This document shows, piece by piece, positions 1 through 11,080 of a stretch of 54,641 nucleotides of DNA. The DNA is from Vulcanimicrobiaceae bacterium. Lineage in GTDB: Bacteria; Vulcanimicrobiota; Vulcanimicrobiia; Vulcanimicrobiales; Vulcanimicrobiaceae. The stretch covers positions 1-54,641 of the forward strand of contig DASRSM010000116.1 of assembly GCA_035656415.1 (NCBI GenBank), read 5' to 3'. The notes beneath the pieces were generated by a model. The model ran no database searches and was not told the origin of the DNA. It saw only the letters and a list, made by a program, of their open reading frames with translations. The position numbers were made by a program, and so were the translations under genes. Numbering within the stretch: the first letter of the stretch is position 1; each line of letters opens with the position of its first letter.

Positions 1-473
1 ATCCACAAGGTCGCCCGCACAGCGAGATATTCGAAGTTTTCGAACGCCGATAATCCCGACTTTGTTCGGACGGCGGCAATAACCGGATCGCACAATCTCC
101 ATGCAACGGTAACCTGCGACGAGGTGACGTCGAGCAGCGCGTCCTCGTCGATCAAGCCTCGTTTTACGAACGTGCCGATCTGCTCCCAAAAATCCATAGC
201 CAAAAACTCCGGATGATGCGCGCGATCGATCGAACCCGGCTCGCTCAGCGTTTTGACGTAAGCCGGGTCGTTCATTTTGCCCGGAATCCGCTGCATCTCC
301 GCGAGTGCCGCCTGCACCGATGGCTGGTTCCACTGATTCATTATTTCCAGCACGCCGTTTAGGTGATTGCTGGTGCGCAGGTGGCGCAACTGGACGATCG
401 CCGCAACCGAAGCGACGCTGACGACGATGAGCGTCGCGGCAGACAACGCAACGTTTATCGAATCGCCGCTCAC
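1..473 (-). CDS. hypothetical membrane-anchored protein (3' end cut by window edge)
   Basis: Open minus-strand frame from GTG 473-471 to nt 1, absent from the ORF track because there is no stop in the window. The GTG overlaps the stop of the upstream HAD gene (GTGA). N-terminal hydrophobic helix INVALSAATLIVVSVASVAAIV, then ...MNQWNQPSVQAALAEMQRIPGK... No family recognised. Confidence 0.4.
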   Translation of the reverse strand, partial: MSGDSINVALSAATLIVVSVASVAAIVQLRHLRTSNHLNGVLEIMNQWNQPSVQAALAEMQRIPGKMNDPAYVKTLSEPGSIDRAHHPEFLAMDFWEQIGTFVKRGLIDEDALLDVTSSQVTVAWRLCDPVIAAVRTKSGLSAFENFEYLAVRATLW

Positions 474-925
474 GTTCGTAAAACCATCTCGATGGCTTCG
501 GCGAACGTAACGCCTTTCCCAACGAGAACGCCGGTTGCGCCGGCGTTTTTTGCGACATCTGCGTCGCTGCTTTTGTCGCCGATCACGACGATCTGCGAGG
601 GATCGAGGTTCCAGTCGCGAGCCGCGTCGAGCACCAGCTTCGGTTTGGGCTTGCGGCATTTGCAATCGTCTTCGGGCGCATGCGGGCACACGTACCAGCC
701 GTCGAACGGACCGAGCAGCTCGTCGACGCGGTCATTAACGGCCTGCATCTGTTCTTCGGTGATCATGCCGCGCCCGATTCCGGACTGATTCGAGAGCACG
801 CCGATCTTGATGCCGCGCGCGCGAAGTGCATCGAGCAGCTCCTTCGCGCGCGGCACCGGATCGACCAATTCGGGATCTCCATTGTACGGGACGTCGTGGA
901 CGATCGTCCCGTCACGATCGAACAA
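470..925 (-). CDS. gmhB: HAD-IIIA phosphatase, GmhB / HisB-N type (D,D-heptose-1,7-bisphosphate phosphatase family)
   Basis: 151-aa ORF. Has the DRDGT nucleophile motif (MFDRDGTI) and the Zn motif CPHAPEDDCKCRKPKP typical of GmhB/histidinol-phosphatase HAD enzymes. Lies 13 nt downstream of thiC. Confidence 0.7.
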   Translation of the reverse strand: MFDRDGTIVHDVPYNGDPELVDPVPRAKELLDALRARGIKIGVLSNQSGIGRGMITEEQMQAVNDRVDELLGPFDGWYVCPHAPEDDCKCRKPKPKLVLDAARDWNLDPSQIVVIGDKSSDADVAKNAGATGVLVGKGVTFAEAIEMVLRT

Positions 926-938
926 AACGCCGCGACCG

Positions 939-2690
<1,752 letters not shown>

Positions 2691-2695
2691 TCTGC

Positions 2696-5095
2696 CTAAT
2701 TACGCGATATCGGGGGGTATCCCCGGCGAGCGTGCGGCCGCGAACAAGCCGAGGCGCTAGCATCGATCTGGAACGTCACCGGAACCGTCCGGCCGTTCTG
2801 GTCTGCCACGTCGGCGGTTTCCACGTACGAGCCGGTAGCCGGCTCGGTCACCGTAAACGAAATCCCGCGGTCGCCCTCTTGCGTTACCGCCGAGATGACG
2901 CTGGTATTGTAGTTCGTCAGGTTAAACGGCCCGGCGGTGGCACCAAACGCCTCCAATACGCCGACGTACGAGCTGCTCGAAAACGGCGCAAGGCAGCCCG
3001 AGACGGCGACCGGCACCGTCGTGCTCGGTATCAAGCTCCACGTCGACGTCGGAACGATGTGATAGAACTGAAGATTCCCGTGCGGGTTCGTGCAGAACGT
3101 CCACGCGGTATCTTGGGCGTCGAACGCAATGCCGTTACAATACGGTGCCGGCACGAACGCTTCGAAGTTCGACGACGCGTTGGTGTCCGCCGGATTCAGA
3201 AGCGTGACGAAGTTGTAAGGCCCGAAGTATCCGTTGTAAACCGTCGTTCCGAGTACACCCGACGCCGATTGAGCCGTTGAAGTCGATGTGGTCACGAACG
3301 TGGCGAGATCGGTTGGATAGGTCGTCAGCGTCGAAAACGCGCCGCCTGACGAAACGGTGCCCAACGCGCCGTTTGAGAACGCGTAGGTTTGAGGTCCACC
3401 GAACATTGCCGCCGGTTGGGCTGCAATCGATACGTTCGTGACGATCGGCGTCGGGACAGCCGACGGCGCAGCCGCCGGCGTAGCAGCAACTTGTATCAAG
3501 GCCCCGGCGACGGGATCGTAGGCGGCGACGGCAACCGAAGCCGTTCCGGGGATGGCCGCTATGGACGTCGCGTCAGGGTAGCCGCCGGCATTTGAGTTTT
3601 GATAGAGCACCGGCGCGGGAGACGCGCACGACGTCGAGTTGATCGGAACGTAACCGATCGTCTCGAATCCTCCGGTCGCCAAGTATCCGTAGACCGCGAA
3701 CCACAAGTTGTTGGACGCGTCCTCGGCGAAGCCGCCGAAATATGCGTACGTCATGCCGGAAAAGATCGTTCCGCTCGGAATAATGCCGGCCGGCGTCCCC
3801 AACGACGACTGCGCGAAACAGTCGATTTGGAAGGTATCGTTGTCGAACGTCCACAGGCTGCCGCCCGAATCCGCAAACGTTCCGGTGAAATTCGTACTCG
3901 GCGGCTCGCCGAAAAGAGAGGTGACGCCGGCAGTCGCGGTTCCAAGTATTCCCGCATAAACGCTTTGGTTCGTGTTATAGCCGCTTCCGGTAAACGCCAT
4001 TGCGTTCGAACCGGGAATGCCGACGAGTCCCGCCGGCGATGGCGACGTCAGCGTCGTCGTGTACGTTCCACCGGGAATTGCGTTTCCGGACAGCGCGATG
4101 CCGGCAGCATTGGGCGCCGGGGTTGCAGCACGCGGCGCGCGCAGGTCGATCTTACGCGCACGAAGTGCGAGCGTCGATCCGGTCGCTGCGATCGAGAACG
4201 AGGTTGCCGACGAAACGGAACCGCCCGACGCGGTGAACGCGCCGGAATAAAGGATGCTGACGGCGAGATCGTTTGGATTGGAAATCGCAACCGAGTTCCC
4301 CGCACCCGACGCGTTGCTCAGCGTAAAGCCTTTGCCGGTGGGAGCGACGCTCAACGTGATGGGCGCGGAGTACGGCACGGGCGTTCCGGTCGCCGGAACT
4401 TGCGAGAGAATTTGATAGTTCGCGCCGTCGTAAGGCGTAACGTTGAGCGGCTCCGACGTCGGCACGCCGACCGGAATCGCGGCGGCCTGTCCTTGCGTAT
4501 CGGCAGGCACGACCGTGTTCGGAAACTGCAGCAGGACGTGATCGATCACGCCCTCGAGCGTAAATGCTAACGGCGCGGTCTTCCCCTTCGGATTCGGCGT
4601 TGGAATTATCGTGCTGCTCGAGCTATACGAAGACAGCAATTTGCCCTTACCGTTTGCCTGTGAAAACGTGTTCACGACGAACGAGTCGCTGCCGGCCATG
4701 ACGCTGACGCTGAACTGACACTGCAGCACGCCGCCGCTTCCCGTAATCGTTTGACAGTTTGGCGCGGTAGTGTTGAACGTCTGCAGAGGAATCGGCGCCG
4801 GCGCCGGTCCCGAACCTGCGATCGGTTGTACGGCAAACGTGATCGACGCGGTTCCCGGCGAGATGTATTGCGGGTGCATTCGCCGTCCCCGCCGGTGGTG
4901 GTGGCGATGTGCCGGGATGCGCAGGTAGACGGTCGCGTGTACCGGGTTGCGGTGGTGACGCCGGTGTGGCGCGACGTTAAACGACGGCGCAAGCGCCTGA
5001 AAGGCTTGGGGCACGACGCTGCCCCCGCCGCTGCACGCGGCAAGGATGGCTGCAGCTAGGGCAAGCAACCCAAAGCCGATGCGCTTCTTCTGCAC
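2696..5095 (-). CDS. large uncharacterised lipoprotein (His/Arg-rich N-terminal segment, possible beta-propeller-like C-terminal half)
   Basis: 799-aa ORF. Signal peptide with lipobox LAAC (MQKKRIGFGLLALAAAILAAC). Carries HRRHHRNPVH...HRHHHRRGRRMHP. The rest is S/T/A/G/P-rich with recurring LWF/WTF-type motifs. No catalytic motif recognised. Confidence 0.7.
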   Translation of the reverse strand: MQKKRIGFGLLALAAAILAACSGGGSVVPQAFQALAPSFNVAPHRRHHRNPVHATVYLRIPAHRHHHRRGRRMHPQYISPGTASITFAVQPIAGSGPAPAPIPLQTFNTTAPNCQTITGSGGVLQCQFSVSVMAGSDSFVVNTFSQANGKGKLLSSYSSSSTIIPTPNPKGKTAPLAFTLEGVIDHVLLQFPNTVVPADTQGQAAAIPVGVPTSEPLNVTPYDGANYQILSQVPATGTPVPYSAPITLSVAPTGKGFTLSNASGAGNSVAISNPNDLAVSILYSGAFTASGGSVSSATSFSIAATGSTLALRARKIDLRAPRAATPAPNAAGIALSGNAIPGGTYTTTLTSPSPAGLVGIPGSNAMAFTGSGYNTNQSVYAGILGTATAGVTSLFGEPPSTNFTGTFADSGGSLWTFDNDTFQIDCFAQSSLGTPAGIIPSGTIFSGMTYAYFGGFAEDASNNLWFAVYGYLATGGFETIGYVPINSTSCASPAPVLYQNSNAGGYPDATSIAAIPGTASVAVAAYDPVAGALIQVAATPAAAPSAVPTPIVTNVSIAAQPAAMFGGPQTYAFSNGALGTVSSGGAFSTLTTYPTDLATFVTTSTSTAQSASGVLGTTVYNGYFGPYNFVTLLNPADTNASSNFEAFVPAPYCNGIAFDAQDTAWTFCTNPHGNLQFYHIVPTSTWSLIPSTTVPVAVSGCLAPFSSSSYVGVLEAFGATAGPFNLTNYNTSVISAVTQEGDRGISFTVTEPATGSYVETADVADQNGRTVPVTFQIDASASACSRPHARRGYPPISRN

Positions 5096-5188
5096 GCCTT
5101 ATACTTCGTTGCCGAGGGAACGGCTGCATGCTGAAAGAACGCTGAACCCGGTACTCAAGCGGTATTTGCCGCTCGAAGGAGAGACGCT

Positions 5189-6877
5189 ATGAAGGCCCTT
5201 GCCTCTGTCGTGCTCGTCTTAGCCATTTGCCTCGCGACGGTTATACCGTCGAGCGCGGCCGGCGATAAGACGCTGGAGAACGTACGCGGCACCGTGTCGC
5301 TCGATCAAGGGCCGGGTACACCGTCGCAACCCGTGGCGGTCAATGCAAGCGTCGCCATTTCCGACAGCCAATACGCCGTCACCGGCGGTGCGGTCGGGAA
5401 CCTGCCGTCGCAAGGTGCGATAGCGCTACCCGACAGCACGCGCATCCTCGTCGGCCAAAACACGCGCGTACAAATGAAGCAGTTCGACATGCAGCCGAAC
5501 CTGACGACGGCGAACTTCGTCGTTCTCAGCGGCAAAATTCGCTTCAAAGTCGAGCATCCCGGCGGTGCCAAAGCGAACTACACGTTCCAAACCAGCACCG
5601 GACAGATTGCCGTGCGCGGCACCGAAGGCGATATCTGGACGCCGCAGCTCGGCGCGCTGCAAGTGAACGTCTACCAAGTCACCGATCCGGCCCTGCCGGT
5701 CGAAGTCACGCTCAACAACGGCAAAGTTTACAAGTTGAGCGCGGGGCAGACGCTGACGGTGGGCATTCTCGGCGCGGCGATCGCCGCAGGCACCGCCGGT
5801 GCGGCGTCGTCGTCATCCTCGTCCTCGGCGTCGGTCACGTCCACGTCGCAATCGTCCATGAGCAACTTCACCGAGTTCGGCGCGGTCTCGAATGGCGCGG
5901 TCGTCGCGGGTGCTGCCGCTGCCGCGGCCGCCGCGTCGGCCGGCGGAATTCCCGCAGTTGCAGCCATAGCGGCGGGCGTCGCCGCAATCGGCGGCGTCGT
6001 CATCGGCACGACCGGACATCCCGGGACCGAGCCGAGCAGTGCGCCGACGTCGGCTCCGGGAAGCGTCGTCGTGAATCCGACATCGCTATCGTTTACGCCC
6101 GGAACGGGACCGTTGACGTTCCACGCGTCGCAAACCAATTTCACCGGAACGTTCCACGCCGCGATCGATCAAGGATCGATCGCTTCGGTCAACGCGACGT
6201 CGACCACCGGCGACTTCACCGTCACGCCGAAAACCAATGGCAGCACGTCGATTACCATCACCGGCGGGTCGGGAGAAACCGCTCCGGTCGGCGTTGCCGT
6301 GCAAGCGACGACGATTACCGTTCCGGGCTCGTTACCGGCCTTTTCGTCATTGAATCAAGCGCAGAACTTCACGGCGCAAGAAGCGTATTATAACGGCGGA
6401 TTTAGCGCAAAAAGTAGCGACGCGACCATTGCGAAAGTCACCTCGCCCGGATCGTCGTCTTCCGGCGGCGGGAACTTCACGGTCACGTCGGTCGGCAACG
6501 GCAGCACGACGATCACCGTCAGCGACTCGCTCGGACATTCGGCCCCGGTCGGCGTAACGGTGAACGGGCCGGCGCCGACACCCACGCCGACGAGCATTCC
6601 GATTTGCATCGGTATGCCGGTGAGCGGTGGACGCGGTCAGGGCGCGCGCCATCGCATGGAACCAGCGATGGCCGTTGCACCGGGACGGCCGAATCCCGCG
6701 GCGACGGCGACGTGCCCGCCGACGCCGATGGCCGGGCCGCCGATAGCCAAACCGATCGATCCGCCCGTCGTGCGCGCGCCGCAGCCGCATCCGATCGGAC
6801 CGCAACCTCCGACGATCTTGCCACCGCACGTTCCGGGTATGCCGACGCCGCCGCCGATGCCCGGCGGTCCGCCGTAA
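5189..6877 (+). CDS. secreted FecR-domain protein with two Ig-like repeats and a Pro-rich tail
   Basis: 562-aa ORF with SD GAAGGAG upstream and signal peptide MKALASVVLVLAICLATVIPSSAAG. FecR-like N-terminal domain (..ILVGQNTRVQMKQF..GKIRFKV..GQIAVRGTEG..). Poly-Ser/poly-Ala plus a hydrophobic stretch. Two similar ~80-aa repeats ending GNGSTTITV../TNGSTSITI..APVGV.V. C-terminus is Pro-rich. Confidence 0.7.
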   Translation: MKALASVVLVLAICLATVIPSSAAGDKTLENVRGTVSLDQGPGTPSQPVAVNASVAISDSQYAVTGGAVGNLPSQGAIALPDSTRILVGQNTRVQMKQFDMQPNLTTANFVVLSGKIRFKVEHPGGAKANYTFQTSTGQIAVRGTEGDIWTPQLGALQVNVYQVTDPALPVEVTLNNGKVYKLSAGQTLTVGILGAAIAAGTAGAASSSSSSSASVTSTSQSSMSNFTEFGAVSNGAVVAGAAAAAAAASAGGIPAVAAIAAGVAAIGGVVIGTTGHPGTEPSSAPTSAPGSVVVNPTSLSFTPGTGPLTFHASQTNFTGTFHAAIDQGSIASVNATSTTGDFTVTPKTNGSTSITITGGSGETAPVGVAVQATTITVPGSLPAFSSLNQAQNFTAQEAYYNGGFSAKSSDATIAKVTSPGSSSSGGGNFTVTSVGNGSTTITVSDSLGHSAPVGVTVNGPAPTPTPTSIPICIGMPVSGGRGQGARHRMEPAMAVAPGRPNPAATATCPPTPMAGPPIAKPIDPPVVRAPQPHPIGPQPPTILPPHVPGMPTPPPMPGGPP

Positions 6878-6898
6878 ACGCGTAACGCAACGCCGTTA

Positions 6899-7765
6899 TT
6901 GCTCCTCGGCGCCGCACAGCTCGCTGTCGGCGCCGCGGCAATTTTCGCGCGTTTCGCACTGTCGGGCGCGCCGCCGCTGTCGGTTTCCGCGGCGCGCTTG
7001 ACGATCGCGTCGATCGTTTTGCTCGCTATCGGTTTACTGCATTCGCCGAAAACGCTGCGCGTATCGGCTCGTCCTGCCGCGATCTTGGCCGCGGCGGGTT
7101 TCGCGCTGGCCGTGCACTTTGCAACGTGGATCGCGTCGCTGCAATACACGAGCATCGCGATTTCTACGCTGCTCGTTGCGACGACGCCGATCTGGACGGC
7201 AACGTACGACGCCGTCGTGCTGCATCGGCCGCTGACACGACGCGCGCTCGCCGCGTTCGTTACGGGCGCGCTCGGCGTGTACGCGGTCGTCGGTTTCAAT
7301 CGCACGGTCGCGCCGATTCCCGGACACGACGTCGCCGGCGCGCTGCTCGCGCTCGCGGGCGGCGCCGCCATCGCCGCGTACTTCATTCTGGTACGCGAAG
7401 TGCGTGCCGACCTCGGCACGCGCACGATCGTAACACATACGTATAGTTGGGCCGCGATTGCGCTCATCGTGGTCGCGGCGGCGTTCCGCCAACCGCTGCC
7501 GCCGGTCAACGACGCCGTCGCGTGGGGCGGCATCGCCGCCATGGCGCTGATCTCGCAGCTGCTGGGTCACACGGCGATGAACGCGAGCTTACGCTGGTTC
7601 ACGCCGAGCGCGGTCGCGTTCTCGACGCTGCTCGAACCGGTCGTCGCGGCAGTTCTGGCCCTGCTGATCTTCAGCGAGGCCATCGCCCCGGTCGCAATCG
7701 CCGGCGCGGTCGTCTTGCTCGCCTCGATTGCCATCGTGCTCAAGGAAGAACCGATGACGGCCTAA
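6899..7765 (+). CDS. EamA/DMT-family transporter
   Basis: 288-aa polytopic membrane ORF, about 10 hydrophobic helices arranged as two EamA-like halves. TTG is the first available start after the upstream stop. Confidence 0.75.
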   Translation: MLLGAAQLAVGAAAIFARFALSGAPPLSVSAARLTIASIVLLAIGLLHSPKTLRVSARPAAILAAAGFALAVHFATWIASLQYTSIAISTLLVATTPIWTATYDAVVLHRPLTRRALAAFVTGALGVYAVVGFNRTVAPIPGHDVAGALLALAGGAAIAAYFILVREVRADLGTRTIVTHTYSWAAIALIVVAAAFRQPLPPVNDAVAWGGIAAMALISQLLGHTAMNASLRWFTPSAVAFSTLLEPVVAAVLALLIFSEAIAPVAIAGAVVLLASIAIVLKEEPMTA

Positions 7766-7842
7766 TTGGAGGCTACCAGCCGAGCGATTGGATCGATCCA
7801 GCCAGAAGGGATTGGCTCGCAGGATGGAATGCTCGTCGGACT

Positions 7843-10506
7843 ATGACGACGCTTCTTGCTGCCGATCCGGATCCTCAAGAGACGCGCGAATGGCTCGATG
7901 CGATGCGCGGCGTGCTGACGGTCGAAGGGCCGGATCGCGCGCGCGACCTGATCGGACACCTCGTCGACGAAGCGCAGCGCGGCGGCGCGCACGTTTCGCT
8001 CGGACTCGAAACGCCGTACGTCAACACGATTCCGGTCGAGCGGCAACCCGCCATGCCCGGCGATCGCGAGATCGAAGCGCGCTTGCGTCACTGGGTGCGC
8101 TGGAACGCCGTCGCGATGGTCGTGCGCTCGAACAAGGTGAGTTCAGAGCTCGGCGGACACGTCGCAAGCTTTGCGTCGGCGGCGACGCTCTACGACGTCG
8201 GTTTCAATCATTTTTTCCGCGCGCCGTCCGAATCGTTCGGCGGCGATCTCGTCTTCTTGCAAGGCCACTCGGCGCCGGGTTTCTACGCGCGCGCGTTTCT
8301 CGAAGGACGCATCACCGAAGAACAGCTCGATCGTTTCCGTCAAGAAGTCGGCGGGCACGGATTGTCGTCGTACCCGCATCCGTGGTTGATGCCGGACTTT
8401 TGGCAGTTCCCGACCGTGTCGATGGGCTTGGGTCCGATCATGTCGATCTACCAAGCGCGCTTCATGCGCTACTTGCACGATCGCGGCATGATCGATGCGG
8501 CGAATCGCAAAGTGTGGGCGTTCCACGGCGACGGCGAGATGGACGAACCCGAATCGCTGGGCGCGATTTCGCTCGCGGGGCGCGAACATCTCGACAACCT
8601 CATTTGGGTGATCAACGCCAACCTGCAGCGTCTCGACGGTCCGGTACGCGGCAACGGTAAGATCGTTCAAGAGCTCGAGGGCGTTTTCAAGGGAGCGGGC
8701 TGGAACGTCCTCAAGGTGATTTGGGGCAGCCGCTGGGACGAGCTGCTGCGCGCCGACACGAGCGGCCGTTTGGTGCAGCTCATGAACGAATGCGTCGACG
8801 GCGATTATCAGACGTTCAAGTCGCGCGACGGCAAATACGTGCGCGACGAGTTCTTCGGACGCTATCCCGAAACACGCGACTTGGTTGCAAGCTGGAGCGA
8901 CGATCAGATCTGGGCGCTCAATCGCGGCGGCCACGATCCGGTAAAAGTGTACGCGGCGTATAAAGAAGCGGTCTCGCATCGCGGCCAGCCGACCGTGATC
9001 ATCGCAAAAACCATTAAAGGCTATGGTATGGGCGAGGCCGGCGAGGCACGCAACATCGCGCATCAAGCCAAAAAGATGGACGTCGAAGCGATGCGCACTT
9101 TCCGCGATCGCTTCTCGATTCCGCTCTCGGACGAGACGGTAGAAAAGCTCGCGTTCGTCAAGCCGCCCGAAGAAGGTCCCGAAATGCGATACTTGCGCGA
9201 TCGCGTCAAGGAGCTCGGTCACGTGCCGCAGCGCCGCCGCAAATCGGCATCGCTGACGGTGCCCGAGCTCTCGGCGTTCGATCCGCAGCTCAAGAGCACG
9301 GGCGATCGCGAGATTTCGACGACGATGGCGTTCGTGCGCATTCTCAATTCGATCGTGCGCGATCACACGGTCGGGCCGCGCGTCGTGCCCATCGTCGCCG
9401 ACGAATCGCGCACGTTCGGTATGGAAGGCATGTTCCGCCAGCTCGGCATTTACTCGTCGGTGGGGCAGCTCTATCATCCGCAAGACGCCGAACAGCTGAT
9501 GTGGTATCGCGAAGACAAGCTCGGACAGATTCTGCAGGAAGGCATCAACGAAGCGGGCGCGCTATCGTCGTGGATCGCGGCGGGCACGTCGTACAGCACG
9601 CACAACCTGCCGATGATTCCGTTCTACATCTTCTACTCGATGTTCGGGTTCCAGCGCGTCGGCGACTTGATCTGGGCGGCCGGCGACAGCCGCACGCGCG
9701 GCTTCTTGCTCGGCGCGACGTCGGGCCGCACGACGCTCAACGGTGAAGGCCTGCAGCACGAGGACGGACAGAGTCAAGTCGCGTCGTCGTTCGTTCCCAA
9801 CTGCCGCAGTTTCGATCCGACCTATAGCTACGAACTCGCCGTGATCGTCGCCGACGGGCTGCGGCGGATGCTCGCCGATCAAGAAGACGTTTTTTATTAC
9901 ATCACGCTGCTCAACGAAAACTACGCACATCCCGAGATGCCGGCCGGCGCGGAGGAAGGCATTTTGCGCGGGATGTACCTGCTTCGCGAGGGACAGGGCG
10001 ACAAAAAGACGCCGCGCGTGCAACTCTTTGGATCGGGTGCGATCTTACGCGAAGTCCAGCATGCCGCCGACTTACTCGCGAGCGAGTGGAACGTCGGCGC
10101 CGACGTGTGGAGCTGCACGAGCTTCAACGAGCTGCAGCGCGACGGCGTGGCGACGCAGCGTTGGAATCTGCTCCATCCGGAAGAAACGCCGCGCCTGTCG
10201 TTCGTGGAAGCGTGTTTGAAGGATCGCAAAGGTCCCGGCGTCGCCGCGACCGATTACGTTCGCACGTTTGCCGAACAAATTCACCCGTTCGTCGGACGGC
10301 GGTACGTGACGCTGGGTACGGACGGCTACGGACGCAGCGACTTCCGGCGCCGCTTACGTGAGTTCTTCGAGGTGAACCGTCACTTCGTCGTATTGAGTGC
10401 GTTGAAGGCGCTCGCCGACGAGGGTACGATTCCGGCCTCGACCGTCACGAAGGCGATCAAGAAGTACGACATCGATCCGAACAAGCCCAACCCGATTACG
10501 GTATAG
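7843..10506 (+). CDS. aceE: pyruvate dehydrogenase E1 component (homodimeric AceE type)
   Basis: Track ORF 7447..10506. The AceE-like sequence begins at ATG 7843 (MTTLLAADPDPQETREWLDAMRGVL...). The 132-aa Arg-rich extension upstream overlaps the EamA gene and was discarded. Confidence 0.94.
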   Translation: MTTLLAADPDPQETREWLDAMRGVLTVEGPDRARDLIGHLVDEAQRGGAHVSLGLETPYVNTIPVERQPAMPGDREIEARLRHWVRWNAVAMVVRSNKVSSELGGHVASFASAATLYDVGFNHFFRAPSESFGGDLVFLQGHSAPGFYARAFLEGRITEEQLDRFRQEVGGHGLSSYPHPWLMPDFWQFPTVSMGLGPIMSIYQARFMRYLHDRGMIDAANRKVWAFHGDGEMDEPESLGAISLAGREHLDNLIWVINANLQRLDGPVRGNGKIVQELEGVFKGAGWNVLKVIWGSRWDELLRADTSGRLVQLMNECVDGDYQTFKSRDGKYVRDEFFGRYPETRDLVASWSDDQIWALNRGGHDPVKVYAAYKEAVSHRGQPTVIIAKTIKGYGMGEAGEARNIAHQAKKMDVEAMRTFRDRFSIPLSDETVEKLAFVKPPEEGPEMRYLRDRVKELGHVPQRRRKSASLTVPELSAFDPQLKSTGDREISTTMAFVRILNSIVRDHTVGPRVVPIVADESRTFGMEGMFRQLGIYSSVGQLYHPQDAEQLMWYREDKLGQILQEGINEAGALSSWIAAGTSYSTHNLPMIPFYIFYSMFGFQRVGDLIWAAGDSRTRGFLLGATSGRTTLNGEGLQHEDGQSQVASSFVPNCRSFDPTYSYELAVIVADGLRRMLADQEDVFYYITLLNENYAHPEMPAGAEEGILRGMYLLREGQGDKKTPRVQLFGSGAILREVQHAADLLASEWNVGADVWSCTSFNELQRDGVATQRWNLLHPEETPRLSFVEACLKDRKGPGVAATDYVRTFAEQIHPFVGRRYVTLGTDGYGRSDFRRRLREFFEVNRHFVVLSALKALADEGTIPASTVTKAIKKYDIDPNKPNPITV

Positions 10507-10507
10507 C

Positions 10508-11080
10508 ATGAGCACGATCGACGTAAGGGTGCCCGATATCGGCGATTTCAAAGACGTGCCGGTGATCGAAGTGCTGGTCAAAGCGGGCGACACCGTCGCT
10601 AAAGAAACGCCGCTCGTCGTCCTCGAGAGCGAGAAAGCCTCGATGGAAGTGCCTTCGAGCTCGTCGGGCGTCGTAGCGGACGTCAAAGTCAAACCCGGCG
10701 ACAAAGTCTCCGAAGGCTCGGTGCTGCTAACGCTGCAAGGCGACGGCACCCCCGCTGGCATCCTGAGCCCTTCGACTTCGCTTCCTTCGGAAGCTACGCT
10801 CAGGACAGGCGAAGTCGAAGGGCAGGCGCCTCAACCTTCTGCCGAGTCGCAAACGACGATCGAACTCACGGTTCCCGATATCGGTGACTTCAAAGACGTG
10901 CCGGTCGTCGACGTGCTCGTCAAAGCGGGCGACGCGATCGCAAAAGAAGCGCCGCTCGTCGTGCTCGAAAGTGAAAAAGCGTCGATGGAAGTTCCCGCCT
11001 CGGCCGGCGGCACGATCGTCGACGTCAAAGTCAAACCCGGCGACAAGGTTTCGCAAGGCTCGGTGATTGCAACGTTGTCC
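10508..11080 (+). repeat. tandem in-gene duplication (lipoyl domain 1 at 10508-10738, lipoyl domain 2 at 10853-11080)
   Basis: Near-identical peptide and DNA blocks (VPDIGDFKDVPV..VLVKAGD..PLVVLESEKASMEVP..DVKVKPGDKVS.GSV) separated by a linker. Confidence 0.85.

Noticed and set aside
6637-7542. A 301-aa minus-strand ORF with a Gly/Cys-rich stretch (..GGCGPIGCGCGARTTGG..) opposite the Pro-rich tail of the FecR/Ig protein and the EamA gene.
   Set aside because: It mirrors the Pro-rich coding strand (CCN gives GGN on the opposite strand). It overlaps a convincing polytopic EamA transporter and has neither a signal peptide nor a motif. I cannot fully exclude it without expression data.
7447-7842. 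The 132-codon N-terminal extension of the aceE ORF, and similar extensions on acnA, rnd, rpiB, the TBDR, the MDR oxidoreductase, GT28 and metC.
   Set aside because: The extensions are basic and low-complexity and overlap the upstream gene. The family-typical N-terminus starts at an internal ATG, often with an SD or an NTGA overlap.
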